Shown here in pieces: positions 10,636 through 20,618 of a stretch of 64,000 bases of DNA; within the stretch, counting starts at the first letter, position 1, and each line of letters starts with the position of its first letter. The notes under the pieces are model-generated. The model searched no databases and was not told where the DNA came from. It saw nothing but the letters and a program-made list of their open reading frames with translations. Source of the stretch: Verrucomicrobiota bacterium (GTDB lineage Bacteria; Verrucomicrobiota; Verrucomicrobiia; Opitutales; Seribacteraceae); contig JAQBYT010000004.1 of the NCBI GenBank assembly GCA_027622665.1, positions 32,001-96,000 on the forward strand, read 5' to 3'. Both the position numbers and the translations under genes were made by a program.

Positions 10636-12243
10636 TCAACCTTTCGGCGGACGGACCTTGTCTTGCCATTCCTTGGACATGACTTTTACATCTGAATCGT
10701 CGGCGTAGTGCTTTCGGAGTTTTTCTAGTTGGGCCTTGGTTCTCTTGATGTTTTTTGCCTGAGCCGTGTCGCCGTAAAGATTGGTCAGTTCGTCGGGATC
10801 TTTCTTTAGGTCGTAGAATTCCCATTCGTCGAACTGGTAGAATTTCATGAGCTTGTAGCGAGAAGTTCTGATGCCGTAATGCCGGGGTACCATATGAACG
10901 CTTGGGTACTCATAGTAATGGTAGTATATGCCCTTGCGCCAGTCCTTGGGTGATTCTCCCTTGAGAAGCGGGACAAGGGACTTGCCCTGCATGTCATCGG
11001 GGATGGGAGCCTTCGCCATTTCCAGGAATGTTTCTGCGTAATCGAGGTTCTGGACAAGGTGCTTGTCGCGTGAACCTGCTTTTGTAACGCCTGGCCACTT
11101 TACGACGAAGGGCATCTTGAGGGATTCATCATACATCCATCTTTTGTCGTACCAGCCGTGGTCTCCGATGTAGAAACCTTGGTCCGAGCAGTAGATGACC
11201 ACGGTGTTGTCGTCCAAATTCAGTTCCTCAAGCGTTTTCTGAAGGCGACCGAGGCTTTCGTCTACGCCTTTTACGCATCGAAGGTAGTTTTTGGCATATC
11301 GCTGAAATTTCCAGCGCACAAGATCCTTTCCCTTTAGGTTCGCCTTGTGGAAGGCGGCGTCTTTCGGGCCATACGCATCTCGCCACTTCTTTAATTGTCC
11401 TGTGCTCATGCGCTTCATGTTGAACCATGCCGAACGGTCTTGACGCTTTTGCGAGGCGGGTTGTGCATAGTCGGGTGTGAGGTCGACGAAAAGGTCGTAG
11501 TTGAGGTCCATGTGTCGATCGACTTCCAGTTCTTGGTGGCGTGCAGGGGGGGCGTTGTCTTCCCATTTGTCGAAGAGGGTGGGGGGTTCGGGGATTTCTA
11601 TGTCGTCGTAAAGTGCAAGGTGTCGTGTGGCCGGCATCCAATTACGATGGGGTGCCTTGTGCTGAACCATGAGCATGAAGGGCTTGTCGCCCTTGCGCTT
11701 GCTCTTGAGCCAATCGACGGCGAGGTCGGTGACGACATCGGTGCAATAACCGTCTATCCGACGTTTACCGTCTGGAAAAATCATGTCGGGGTTGTAGTAA
11801 AGACCTTGGCCCGGGAGGACCGCCCAGTCGTCGAAGCCTTTAGGATTACCGCGGAGGTGGCTTTTGCCGTAAATGGCTGTCTGGTAGCCAGCCTTCTGGA
11901 GGAGCTTGGGAAAAGTTTGTTGATTCCAGTCGAAGGTGTTTCCGTTGTTCATGAATCCGTTCTTGTGACTGTGCTTGCCGGTTTGGATGACGGCGCGGCT
12001 GGGACCGCAGATCGAGTTCGTACAGAAACTGTTTTCAAAGAGCATTCCCTGAGCGGCGAGTTTGTCTATGTTGGGGGTGGGGTTGACGGATTTTAGCCAA
12101 CCTTCGTAAGCGCCTATTGCGTGAGGTGCATGGTCGTCGCTAAACACGAATAAGATATTCGGACGCTTTTCGGCGGATGATGTGACTAGATGGAGTGCAA
12201 CCGAAGCAAGGATGAGAAATGTCGAAATACTTTTGGTTTTCAT
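10636..12243 (-). CDS. Sulfatase (Cys-type FGly), secreted
   Basis: PNILFVFSDDH, CGPSRA, SDQG, YDLKKDPDE. Confidence 0.93.
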   Translation of the reverse strand: MKTKSISTFLILASVALHLVTSSAEKRPNILFVFSDDHAPHAIGAYEGWLKSVNPTPNIDKLAAQGMLFENSFCTNSICGPSRAVIQTGKHSHKNGFMNNGNTFDWNQQTFPKLLQKAGYQTAIYGKSHLRGNPKGFDDWAVLPGQGLYYNPDMIFPDGKRRIDGYCTDVVTDLAVDWLKSKRKGDKPFMLMVQHKAPHRNWMPATRHLALYDDIEIPEPPTLFDKWEDNAPPARHQELEVDRHMDLNYDLFVDLTPDYAQPASQKRQDRSAWFNMKRMSTGQLKKWRDAYGPKDAAFHKANLKGKDLVRWKFQRYAKNYLRCVKGVDESLGRLQKTLEELNLDDNTVVIYCSDQGFYIGDHGWYDKRWMYDESLKMPFVVKWPGVTKAGSRDKHLVQNLDYAETFLEMAKAPIPDDMQGKSLVPLLKGESPKDWRKGIYYHYYEYPSVHMVPRHYGIRTSRYKLMKFYQFDEWEFYDLKKDPDELTNLYGDTAQAKNIKRTKAQLEKLRKHYADDSDVKVMSKEWQDKVRPPKG

Positions 12244-12411
12244 ATCACTTGAAATGTAAAGAATGTTCCTTTTCTGCGAGCCTTATTTACTGGGACGTTT
12301 TCATTGGTCGTGATCGACATAGGCTTAACGTCCTCCCTGTTTTTTATAAAAAACATTTGTGTTCTCTATTGCATGTTTAATTAATTCCCTTCGGTATCAC
12401 ACCTTTTCGTT

Positions 12412-14004
12412 ATGAACCTATCATCATTCCTCTGTTCCTCCGCCCTACTTGCAGTAGCTGGGTTGCAAGTTAACGCCCAAAAGCCTCCCAAAGGTTTTGA
12501 AAAGATCGATCAAGAGATCGTCATAAGCACTATGGAAGCTCAAATGAAATACGACGTTCGCAGTTTCAGCGTTAAGCCGAACGCCAACGTTAAGCTTGTT
12601 TTCAAGAACCCGGACGCACTTCCTCACAACCTCATCATTTGCACTCCGGGCAAAAAGAAAGGCGGCGACAGGGGCCGGGAGGTCGTGGACGCCGTCTTGA
12701 AACTAGGCGACAAGGGAGTTGAGCAGAACTGGGAACCCAAGGGGCATCCTCGCATCCTCGTGAGTTCCGGTATGGTTCAGCCGAAAAAGGAAGTGATCCT
12801 CTATTTCAAGGCTCCAAAAAAAGAGGGTGATTATCCCTACATCTGTACTTTCCCCGGTCATTTTCAGCTGATGAACGGCGTTATGGGAGTCTCTCGCTTG
12901 GCCAACCCCATCACCAACCTGACTTACAAGTTTTTTCATGGCGGCTGGGATAAAATGCCCGATTTCTCAAAGATGGAACCAAAGAAAACAGGTGTTCTTG
13001 CCAGTGGTCTCTTTGATATCTCGCCCCGGGACAAGGGGGATGATTTCGGTTTCGTCTTTACTGGAGAAATCGAATGCCCGAAGGACGGGAAATACACTTT
13101 CGTCACTTCTTCGGATGACGGTTCCCAGTTGCTCATTGATGGCAAACTCGTCGTGGACAACGATGGTGTTCATGGTGTTCAGAGTCGTTCCGGTTCCGTT
13201 ACGCTCAAGAAAGGTAAGCGATCCATCGAGGTGCGTTTCTTCGAGAAGAGCGGGGGAGAGGAGTTGTCCGTAGGTTGGTCAGGTCCCGGGATCAAGAACC
13301 AAGCCCTCTCAAAGAGTTCTCCCGGCGGAGGAGGCGAGGAAGCTATTGGACTACTTGTCGAACCTCCCGAAGGCGAAGCCTCCGTTTATCGTAATTTCAT
13401 AAATGGCGCAGGTCCCAGAGCCATTGGGGTGGGCTATCACGAAGGTGTGAACCTTGCTTTTGATGCAAACAACCTACGCCTAGCCATGATCTGGCAAGGC
13501 GACTTTATCGACGGAGCTCGACACTGGAAGGGTCGCGGGGCTGGTTATCAACCTCCGGCGGGAGAGGCTGTGATCAAGTTCCCGGAGGGTGTTGCCTTCG
13601 CTACTTTGGAAAGCTCTGACACGGCTTGGCCTAAAGCCGAATATCGAACAAAGGATTTCCGCTTTCGCGGGTACGTGCTAGATAAAAGTCAGCGTCCGAC
13701 CTTCAAGTACGAGCGCGGAGGAGTTGCCATTGAAGATACTCCTCTTCCAGTTTCTGGGGCTGAAGGTGAGTTCGGGCAAATCAAGCGCGTCATCAAACTG
13801 AAAGCCAAGGATGCACCGGCCAATCTCTACTTCCGCATCGCACAAGGTGGTTTTGAGAAAAAGGGCGACACTTTTCAAAGCAGCGAACTTTCCGTCACCG
13901 TGAAAGGAGCGAATCCTTCCGTTCAAGCCGGCGATCTCCGAGTTCCCATTAGCTTCAAGGGTGGAACCGCAGAATTCGAAGTCACCTACGCTTGGGCCAA
14001 CTGA
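12412..14004 (+). CDS. Secreted azurin-like cupredoxin + PA14 domain protein
   Basis: Type-1 Cu ligands LPHNL and YICTFPGHFQLM; PA14 motif YTFVTSSDDGSQLLIDGKLVVDNDGVHG. Confidence 0.8.
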   Translation: MNLSSFLCSSALLAVAGLQVNAQKPPKGFEKIDQEIVISTMEAQMKYDVRSFSVKPNANVKLVFKNPDALPHNLIICTPGKKKGGDRGREVVDAVLKLGDKGVEQNWEPKGHPRILVSSGMVQPKKEVILYFKAPKKEGDYPYICTFPGHFQLMNGVMGVSRLANPITNLTYKFFHGGWDKMPDFSKMEPKKTGVLASGLFDISPRDKGDDFGFVFTGEIECPKDGKYTFVTSSDDGSQLLIDGKLVVDNDGVHGVQSRSGSVTLKKGKRSIEVRFFEKSGGEELSVGWSGPGIKNQALSKSSPGGGGEEAIGLLVEPPEGEASVYRNFINGAGPRAIGVGYHEGVNLAFDANNLRLAMIWQGDFIDGARHWKGRGAGYQPPAGEAVIKFPEGVAFATLESSDTAWPKAEYRTKDFRFRGYVLDKSQRPTFKYERGGVAIEDTPLPVSGAEGEFGQIKRVIKLKAKDAPANLYFRIAQGGFEKKGDTFQSSELSVTVKGANPSVQAGDLRVPISFKGGTAEFEVTYAWAN

Positions 14005-14038
14005 TTTGCTCCAACTCTTAATTTTAAATAAAGTGATT

Positions 14039-15514
14039 ATGATGAAGAAGTCGCCTGTGTTTTCGGCTGTTCTAGCCTCGATGCTTTCCATCTCTGTTTC
14101 TTTCGCCCAGCCTGTGGAATCGGACTATTATCCCATCACGACAATTCCGTTGCCCGAGGGCGAAGTGATAGAAGTGAGCGGTATCGACATATTGCCCGGA
14201 AATAAGGTGGCCATCGCTTCACGCCGTGGTGACATCTTTGTCGGGGAGGATCTTTTCGGGGAAGACCCCGAACCCAAATGGAGCCTCTTCGCTCGAGGTC
14301 TGCACGAAGTGCTCGGCATAGCCTGGAAGGACGGTTGGCTCTACCTTACGCAGCGTCCCGAGGTTTCCCGTATCAAGGACAGCGATGGCGATGGCCGAGC
14401 CGACGTATTCGAGACTCTTGGAGACGGGTGGGGCATCAATGGCGACTACCACGAGTACGCTTTTGGCACGCGTCACGACAAGGATGGTAATATTTGGGTA
14501 GTCCTTTGCCTCACGGGCTCCGGCGGAGCCGATGACAAGAGCCCCTTTCGCGGTTGGTGCATGCGGGTAACTCCTGATGGCAAGACGATTCCAACCGGTT
14601 ATGGCATCCGTTCTCCCGGCGGCATAGGCTTCAATCACCTTGGCGATGTTTTCTATTGCGATAACCAAGGACTCTGGAACGGTTCCAGTTCCCTCAAGCA
14701 TCTTCGCCCCGGGGGATTTCAAGGTAATCCAACCGGCAACAAGTACTTCGCCCTCACCGATGCGCTCGGGCCCAAGCCACCCGACCCAAAGGACGGAAGC
14801 CGGATTGAGGTCGAACGATCAAAAGTGCCCGACCTTGTACCTCCTCCCATAGTTCTTCCCCACGGCAAGATGGGCAATTCGCCTGCCGGTATCGAGTGTG
14901 ATGAAACGGGTGGGAAGTTCGGCCCCTTCGCCAACCAACTCTTCGTTTCCGAACAGACCCACTCAAAGGTACATCGGGTGTTCCTTGAAAAGGTTAATGG
15001 CTTTTACCAAGGAGCGGCTTTCCCTTTTCTCAAAGGATTTGGATCGGGCAATATCGTCGCCAGATTCGCTGTGGACGGTAGCATGTTCACTGGTGGAACC
15101 AATCGTGGATGGGGTTCGCATGGCAAGAATCCCTTTTCTTTCCAGCGTGTGAATTGGACGGGTAAAGTTCCTTTCGAAGTACACGAAATGCGAGCCAAGG
15201 CAGATGGCTTTGAACTAACTTTTACACAAGCTGCAGATCCTGTATCTCTTGAGAAGATCTCTTCCTACACAATGGAAGCTTATACCTATATCTATAAGAG
15301 TGGTTACGGAAGCCCTGTGGTGGACAAGACCATACCTTCAATTAAAAAGGCAGTGTCCGGCAAAGATGGCAAAAGCGTAAGGATTCACATAGAGGGCCTC
15401 GTCAAGGGTAACGTCCACGAATTGAAGATGCCCGGCATTCGTCTTAAGGGCTCGGAGCAACCTCTCCTTCATGACGTAGCCTATTACACCCTGAACGAAA
15501 TCCCCAAAGGCTGA
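14039..15514 (+). CDS. Secreted beta-propeller protein (PVC 'large multifunctional secreted protein'/sorbosone dehydrogenase-like)
   Basis: LKD-like IKDSDGDGRAD, YHEYAFG, GIRSPGG, DNQGLW; signal peptide. Confidence 0.7.
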   Translation: MMKKSPVFSAVLASMLSISVSFAQPVESDYYPITTIPLPEGEVIEVSGIDILPGNKVAIASRRGDIFVGEDLFGEDPEPKWSLFARGLHEVLGIAWKDGWLYLTQRPEVSRIKDSDGDGRADVFETLGDGWGINGDYHEYAFGTRHDKDGNIWVVLCLTGSGGADDKSPFRGWCMRVTPDGKTIPTGYGIRSPGGIGFNHLGDVFYCDNQGLWNGSSSLKHLRPGGFQGNPTGNKYFALTDALGPKPPDPKDGSRIEVERSKVPDLVPPPIVLPHGKMGNSPAGIECDETGGKFGPFANQLFVSEQTHSKVHRVFLEKVNGFYQGAAFPFLKGFGSGNIVARFAVDGSMFTGGTNRGWGSHGKNPFSFQRVNWTGKVPFEVHEMRAKADGFELTFTQAADPVSLEKISSYTMEAYTYIYKSGYGSPVVDKTIPSIKKAVSGKDGKSVRIHIEGLVKGNVHELKMPGIRLKGSEQPLLHDVAYYTLNEIPKG

Positions 15515-15553
15515 ATCGCCAAGATTCTAGAATTCTGCTTTTAGCTGATTAAT

Positions 15554-16915
15554 ATGAAGATTAAATTGGTGTTGATCGGCCTTATGGCTTTTGTGTCTGC
15601 GTGTTTTCTTGTTGCAGCGAAAAAATCGCCCAACGTCGTTCTTATCCTGTCCGATGACCAATCTTGGACCGATTATGGATTTATGGGACATGATGCGATC
15701 GCGACTCCTCATCTTGATAAATTAGCCAAGGAAAGCGTCCTCTTCCGTCGCGGTTACGTGCCCACTGCTCTATGTCGCCCCTCTCTTGCCACTTTGATTA
15801 CGGGACACTTTGCCCATCGTCACGGCGTAACGGGCAACGATCCTTCTCCTAAGTATGCCGACCGAAATTCCAAACTCTACACTGAGCGTAGAGCGAAGCT
15901 GATTTCATACCTCGATAAGTTCGACACGATGCCGGATTTGCTTGGTAAACAAGGCTACCTCAGCCATCAAAGCGGAAAGTGGTGGGAGGGTTCCTTCGCT
16001 CACGGTGGCTTTACTCATGGGATGACTCGAGGTTTCCCAAAACCCGGTGGTCGACATGGCGACGACGGTCTCAAGATAGGTCGCTCGGGAATGGAACCGA
16101 TAGAGACTTTCGTCGATCATGCGGTGTCCAAAGACAAGCCCTTCTTCCTTTGGTATGCTCCATTTCTTCCGCACACTCCTCACAATCCGCCAACCCGTTT
16201 ATTTGCCAAGTACCGCAAAGATGGTCGCCCGGTTAGTATCGCAAAGTACTATGCCATGTGCGATTGGTTTGACGAAACCTGTGGGCAACTCATCAATTAC
16301 CTTGAAAAGAAGAAAGTTCGGGACGACACCCTCATCGTTTACGTCACCGATAACGGTTGGATACAAAATCCCGCTCGTAACGGGTACGCTCCTCGCTCCA
16401 AGCAAACTCCCTACGAAGGCGGAATTCGCACCCCGATCATGTTTTCTTGGCCTAACGGTGGTATCAAGCCCGCGGACCGCCCCGAATTAGTCTCAAGCAT
16501 CGACATCGTTCCGACTATTCTTGCCGCCGCAAATGCCACCATTCCCGGAGATCTGCCCGGATTGAACCTTCTCGGTAACTTGCAGAAAAATTCACCCATC
16601 GAGCGCAAGGGGGTTTTCGGAGAAAGTTTCGCTCATGATATCGCCGATGTGGAGAAACCGGAAGCCTCGCTTCTTTTCCGTTGGCGGATAGAGGGCAAAT
16701 GGAAGCTTCTTTTAACTTACGATGGCGAAGTGAATCGGTATAAGAGCACACACCCTCGAACCGAGAAGCGTCCACAACTTTTCGACCTGTCCAAGGATCC
16801 CCATGAAAATAACAATCTTGCAGGCAAGCACCCCGAGGTCGTCGCCGATCTCGCTGCCAAGATTGCCGCATGGTGGCCGGTCAAGGAACGAAAGTTCATT
16901 ACCAAATACAATTGA
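15554..16915 (+). CDS. Sulfatase (Cys-type FGly), secreted
   Basis: PNVVLILSDDQ, LCRPSLA, GKWWEG, YEGGIRTP. Confidence 0.92.
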   Translation: MKIKLVLIGLMAFVSACFLVAAKKSPNVVLILSDDQSWTDYGFMGHDAIATPHLDKLAKESVLFRRGYVPTALCRPSLATLITGHFAHRHGVTGNDPSPKYADRNSKLYTERRAKLISYLDKFDTMPDLLGKQGYLSHQSGKWWEGSFAHGGFTHGMTRGFPKPGGRHGDDGLKIGRSGMEPIETFVDHAVSKDKPFFLWYAPFLPHTPHNPPTRLFAKYRKDGRPVSIAKYYAMCDWFDETCGQLINYLEKKKVRDDTLIVYVTDNGWIQNPARNGYAPRSKQTPYEGGIRTPIMFSWPNGGIKPADRPELVSSIDIVPTILAAANATIPGDLPGLNLLGNLQKNSPIERKGVFGESFAHDIADVEKPEASLLFRWRIEGKWKLLLTYDGEVNRYKSTHPRTEKRPQLFDLSKDPHENNNLAGKHPEVVADLAAKIAAWWPVKERKFITKYN

Positions 16916-16954
16916 TAGCGTAACCGGACTCCTAGTTTAAACCACTAATGGTTC

Positions 16955-16981
16955 AACCCGATTTTGAGAGTCGGTTTTTTT
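16955..16981 (+). terminator. Probable intrinsic terminator between convergent genes
   Basis: CCGATT/AGTCGG stem followed by a T run. Confidence 0.5.
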
Positions 16982-16985
16982 CGGC

Positions 16986-18095
16986 TCAATCCCCCAGAAA
17001 CAAAGGTCTCAAAGGTTGCCCGGCAAGTAATTTGCGGCGGATTTCGTCGTGATGCGCCCTGTAATAGTAGAAGGACACTTTCTGTGAGTGGTGGCCCAAG
17101 CAAAATTGGAAGTAGATTCTTTCGACACTTGAGGAAGTGTTGGATTTTGGCCAATTTGCATCTCGAATTGCCAATGGGTTAACCACGAATGAAATTTCTT
17201 CATTGGGTTTTAGTTCCACGGCTTCCGTCGGATAGGAAATTCCCTTAGATCCAGGCAACTTGAAAGCCTTTCCTTTTATAATCACAACGAGGCTTTCCTT
17301 CCAGAGTATCCGTTTATCCGTCCTTCGGAGCACGGGAAGTGTGACAGGTTGGTCGGTGAAGTTTGAAACAGTTAGGCGTATTTCACCATCCCCATCCCTA
17401 TTGAGGTTAGTCACGAAAACCGAGGGTACCTTGGTAATCGCCATAGTTGCCTTTTCGTTCCACTCAAACGACGGTCGACCAGTCCTGCTACACGAGAAGG
17501 AACCTTCTTTCGGCACGACCTTCTTAGGCCATTTGTATTGCAACTTTGCCCATGGCGAAAGAATTTCTCCTTCTTCGGCTATCCATCCATAAGGCAAGGT
17601 ACACTCGAACCTGACTTCTTTTTCTCTAGCATCACTGATCGGTTCCCATCCCAGAAACCGGAAAGTAGTTCCCTCTTTCGCTAATGCGACGAAACTCCTC
17701 GTCTGATTTAGGTCTTCCGGGAACACAGGCTCTTGCTGTTGCCTTATACTGTATCGGATCTGAACGAGTTTGCCTGAACCTTTCCCTCCCTTTTCCTCAA
17801 TTGCCTTTGGCGCGACGACAATATTCAAGGGCTCTTGGTTTTGTGGAGCTTGCGGAACTTTGTTCTTGGTCAGTTCTCCTTTTAAGAGTTCCTCGACTTT
17901 TACCTCCAGGTTGTAACTGAAGATTGTCGGTTTCACTCCAACAATAGGTTTGCTCCGTATTTTTTTAATTTCCCCAATGACCACTATGTCCTGTACCGTC
18001 CAATTAATAGAGGGCGGAGGTGATTTCATTTCCTGTCCGAATACTGTGGACAGGCCCAAGAGGAGAAGGGTCGTCGAAAGGGAAGTCGCTTTCAT
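16986..18095 (-). CDS. Secreted hypothetical protein
   Basis: 369 aa, signal-peptide-like N-terminus, ATGA overlap with the upstream gene. Confidence 0.7.
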   Translation of the reverse strand: MKATSLSTTLLLLGLSTVFGQEMKSPPPSINWTVQDIVVIGEIKKIRSKPIVGVKPTIFSYNLEVKVEELLKGELTKNKVPQAPQNQEPLNIVVAPKAIEEKGGKGSGKLVQIRYSIRQQQEPVFPEDLNQTRSFVALAKEGTTFRFLGWEPISDAREKEVRFECTLPYGWIAEEGEILSPWAKLQYKWPKKVVPKEGSFSCSRTGRPSFEWNEKATMAITKVPSVFVTNLNRDGDGEIRLTVSNFTDQPVTLPVLRRTDKRILWKESLVVIIKGKAFKLPGSKGISYPTEAVELKPNEEISFVVNPLAIRDANWPKSNTSSSVERIYFQFCLGHHSQKVSFYYYRAHHDEIRRKLLAGQPLRPLFLGD

Positions 18096-18796
18096 TCGCC
18101 CATCATGCTCACTACCTTCTCTTCAATCGATTCCGCCCAGATAGCATATCCCTTTTCACTCAGGTGAAGCAGGTCGGGCATGATTTTTCGAGTAAGTGTC
18201 CCGTCCTTTTCAAGAAACTTTGGGCCGATGTCGAGATAGTGAACTTGTTTACCGTCTGCCAGTTTCTTGAAAATGGCGTTGGCCTTCTCGTTTACCTTGC
18301 GTCGAGCGTCGTCCTTGTTGGCGCCCCGTGGGAAAATGGCGAGCAGTAATACCTGTGTCTTGGGCAGTTTCGTTTGCAGTTGTCTGGTGATGGCGGCGAC
18401 TCCGTCCGCGATTTCCTCGGACTTATTGCTTCCCGCGTTGTTGGTGCCGATCATCACCACTGCTGCCTTTGGAGCAATTCCTTTTAAATTGTCATTGTCT
18501 AAGCGCCAGATGACGTGCTGAGTGCGATCGCCGCCAATGCCTAGGTTTACCGCGTTGCGTTTTCCATAGTGCTTTTCCCAGACTTTTTTCCCACGGCCTT
18601 CCCAGCCTTGGGTAATCGAGTCACCGATTAGTATTAGATCTACCTTCCCCTCGGCCACTCGTTTGTTAAAAGACTCGTGCCTTTTCATCCAACCACCCTG
18701 ACGCGGTACGGGTTTGAGTGCGGAGTGAAGGTCCTTCTGCTCTGCAAATAGAGAGCCGGCAAAAAAGAAAGGTAGAGAAAATAGCAAAATTTTCAT
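18092..18796 (-). CDS. SGNH/GDSL hydrolase (PAF-AH Ib-like acetylesterase)
   Basis: GDSIT, GIGGD, IGTNN, DLLH. Confidence 0.92.
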   Translation of the reverse strand: MKILLFSLPFFFAGSLFAEQKDLHSALKPVPRQGGWMKRHESFNKRVAEGKVDLILIGDSITQGWEGRGKKVWEKHYGKRNAVNLGIGGDRTQHVIWRLDNDNLKGIAPKAAVVMIGTNNAGSNKSEEIADGVAAITRQLQTKLPKTQVLLLAIFPRGANKDDARRKVNEKANAIFKKLADGKQVHYLDIGPKFLEKDGTLTRKIMPDLLHLSEKGYAIWAESIEEKVVSMMGE

Positions 18797-18846
18797 TTGA
18801 GAAGTCTTAGGGCTGTATAGGATAGACTGCAATGCCTTGGTTTTAC

Positions 18847-19272
18847 CTACAGTCTATTGCTTTGAAGGCAAAGTTCGGCATACGCTTTTATCTTTTGGCG
18901 AACGCTGGTCAGACCGTTTCGCCTGTTGGGCGAGAGGTGCTGCGTGATGCCGACATCGGCCAGAAAGTCGGGTTCGAGGTCGATGATGTCTTTCGGTGAC
19001 TCGTTGCTATACAGTTCACAAAGCATGGTAGCGGTTCCTTTTGTGATGGCTGCGTCTGAGTCGGCTTGAAAATAGCATTTCCCATCTTCGAACCGAGGAA
19101 AAACCCAAAGCCGGGATATGCATCCCTTGATCAAAAACGTATCAATTTGGTATTCGTCGGAGAGAGGCGGATGAGATTTGGCCCGATCGACGACATAAGC
19201 AAAACGTTCGAAGTGGTCCTCGAACGGCATCAGTTCTTCCACAAGCCGGTCTCGCTTTGCTTGTATGGTCAT
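18847..19272 (-). CDS. sufE: SufE-family Fe-S assembly sulfur acceptor
   Basis: IKGCISRLW, ADSDAAITKG, HLSPNRRNGL. Confidence 0.9.
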   Translation of the reverse strand: MTIQAKRDRLVEELMPFEDHFERFAYVVDRAKSHPPLSDEYQIDTFLIKGCISRLWVFPRFEDGKCYFQADSDAAITKGTATMLCELYSNESPKDIIDLEPDFLADVGITQHLSPNRRNGLTSVRQKIKAYAELCLQSNRL

Positions 19273-19320
19273 AAATGATTCGATTGAAAGGAGTTGCTTC
19301 CTAGTGAATGTTGAGAGGGT

Positions 19321-19800
19321 TCATTCGTTTCCTTGGGGGTAGCTAAAAGAAACTTTTTCGAAAACTATGCCATTTATTGTGACCGATGACAGGACGGCAT
19401 CGAAGCTCTTGACGTCTTTCATTTCAGTCCGAGCTTGAAAGCGGGAAGTACTTCCCGTGGATTCACCTGTGGTCGCGTCTTCCACTGCCGTCATGCTGAT
19501 GCTTTGGCTTTCCGAATCCTTGGTCGTTACCTGCAAAGCTAATTCTTCTTGTGCAATTCTTACGAAATGTTCCACTTCGCCATCCAGAACGTACAGGTCG
19601 AGGATTCCTTCTTTGTTCAGAATTATCTCGAGATGAAAACCGGATCCATGCTCACCCAATAAAACCAAGGTTCCCCCATGTGGGGCTTCGTGGGCATGTT
19701 CGCCATGATCATGTCCTTCATGGTCGTGTTGGTGTTCATCACCGCATGCAGCCAAAATGAGATAAAATCCAAGAACTGAGTGTTTTAGAAATATATTCAT
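19321..19800 (-). CDS. His-rich lipoprotein, putative metal binding
   Basis: Lipobox LAAC; EHQHDHEGHDHGEHAHEAPHGG. Confidence 0.75.
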   Translation of the reverse strand: MNIFLKHSVLGFYLILAACGDEHQHDHEGHDHGEHAHEAPHGGTLVLLGEHGSGFHLEIILNKEGILDLYVLDGEVEHFVRIAQEELALQVTTKDSESQSISMTAVEDATTGESTGSTSRFQARTEMKDVKSFDAVLSSVTINGIVFEKVSFSYPQGNE

Positions 19801-19852
19801 GGTTCCATCATAGATGCCCAGAGAGTTTCGGCAAGTCCAAGTGCTCGGCTGG

Positions 19853-19878
19853 GCGGCTTCATCATTGGATGAAACCGC
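19853..19878 (-). terminator. Hairpin downstream of the 19900-20529 gene
   Basis: GCGGTTTCATC-CAAT-GATGAAGCCGC on the minus strand; no clear U tail. Confidence 0.35.
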
Positions 19879-19899
19879 TGAATAAACTGGGCTTCCCGT

Positions 19900-20529
19900 T
19901 TATTTCGCTTCTTCCACCTTAACGACGTCGATCTGAATGAATTGGCCGTGGTAGGGTTTCGGCGCGGGGGCTACTTCAGGCACGACGTGCAGGGCGAAGT
20001 TTGAGATCAACTTTCCGTTTTGTCCATCCCCGCCGAGGGTGATCTGGGATCCTCCCTCAATTTCGATCGTCTTGGTATAATCGATGGTGAAAATCCGGTG
20101 TCCGACCCGGTCTTGACGATTAAGGAAGTAGTGCGACTTGGGTGACGCGACGTCGATTTTGTATATGTTGTAGGTGCCGTTGTTCGGCTCACCACCGACG
20201 TAAAAGTATTCACCGTCCATTTTGCCGTTTTTGTACATCATCGGCTCGACCACTCCGCGAAAACGCAACATAACCTTGTAAGTCTTTCCCGTTTCGCCCC
20301 CGAAGTTGACGACTTTCTTGAAGTTGTCCGTCTTGAAGGGGTCTCCCTTGACCAAGGCGGACTCGCAACCTGCTCCTTTTTTCGGTTTGTCCGGCATGGT
20401 TCCTTTGCAGGGAAACTCGAAACGGTAACCGTTGAGGGAGGTTCCCGGCTGCTTGTCGTTCTTAGCGTGGATGAGTTTGGGACCTGCGAATAAGGTGGCC
20501 AGCAAGGTGAGGCAAATGATGTTTTTCAT
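19900..20529 (-). CDS. Secreted hypothetical protein
   Basis: 209 aa with signal peptide. Confidence 0.7.
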   Translation of the reverse strand: MKNIICLTLLATLFAGPKLIHAKNDKQPGTSLNGYRFEFPCKGTMPDKPKKGAGCESALVKGDPFKTDNFKKVVNFGGETGKTYKVMLRFRGVVEPMMYKNGKMDGEYFYVGGEPNNGTYNIYKIDVASPKSHYFLNRQDRVGHRIFTIDYTKTIEIEGGSQITLGGDGQNGKLISNFALHVVPEVAPAPKPYHGQFIQIDVVKVEEAK

Positions 20530-20618
20530 AGGATTTCGAGTATTGATTAGGTGGAAATTGAGATTGGTGTTACCAGCTAGTGATTGTCGAGTAGGTTATG
20601 GGAATAATTATTTCTTTT

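Noticed and set aside
16920..16947. GTAACC after the sulfatase as a fifth ECF motif
   Set aside because: No CTGT(A/T)TA box at the required spacing, and it lies between convergent genes.
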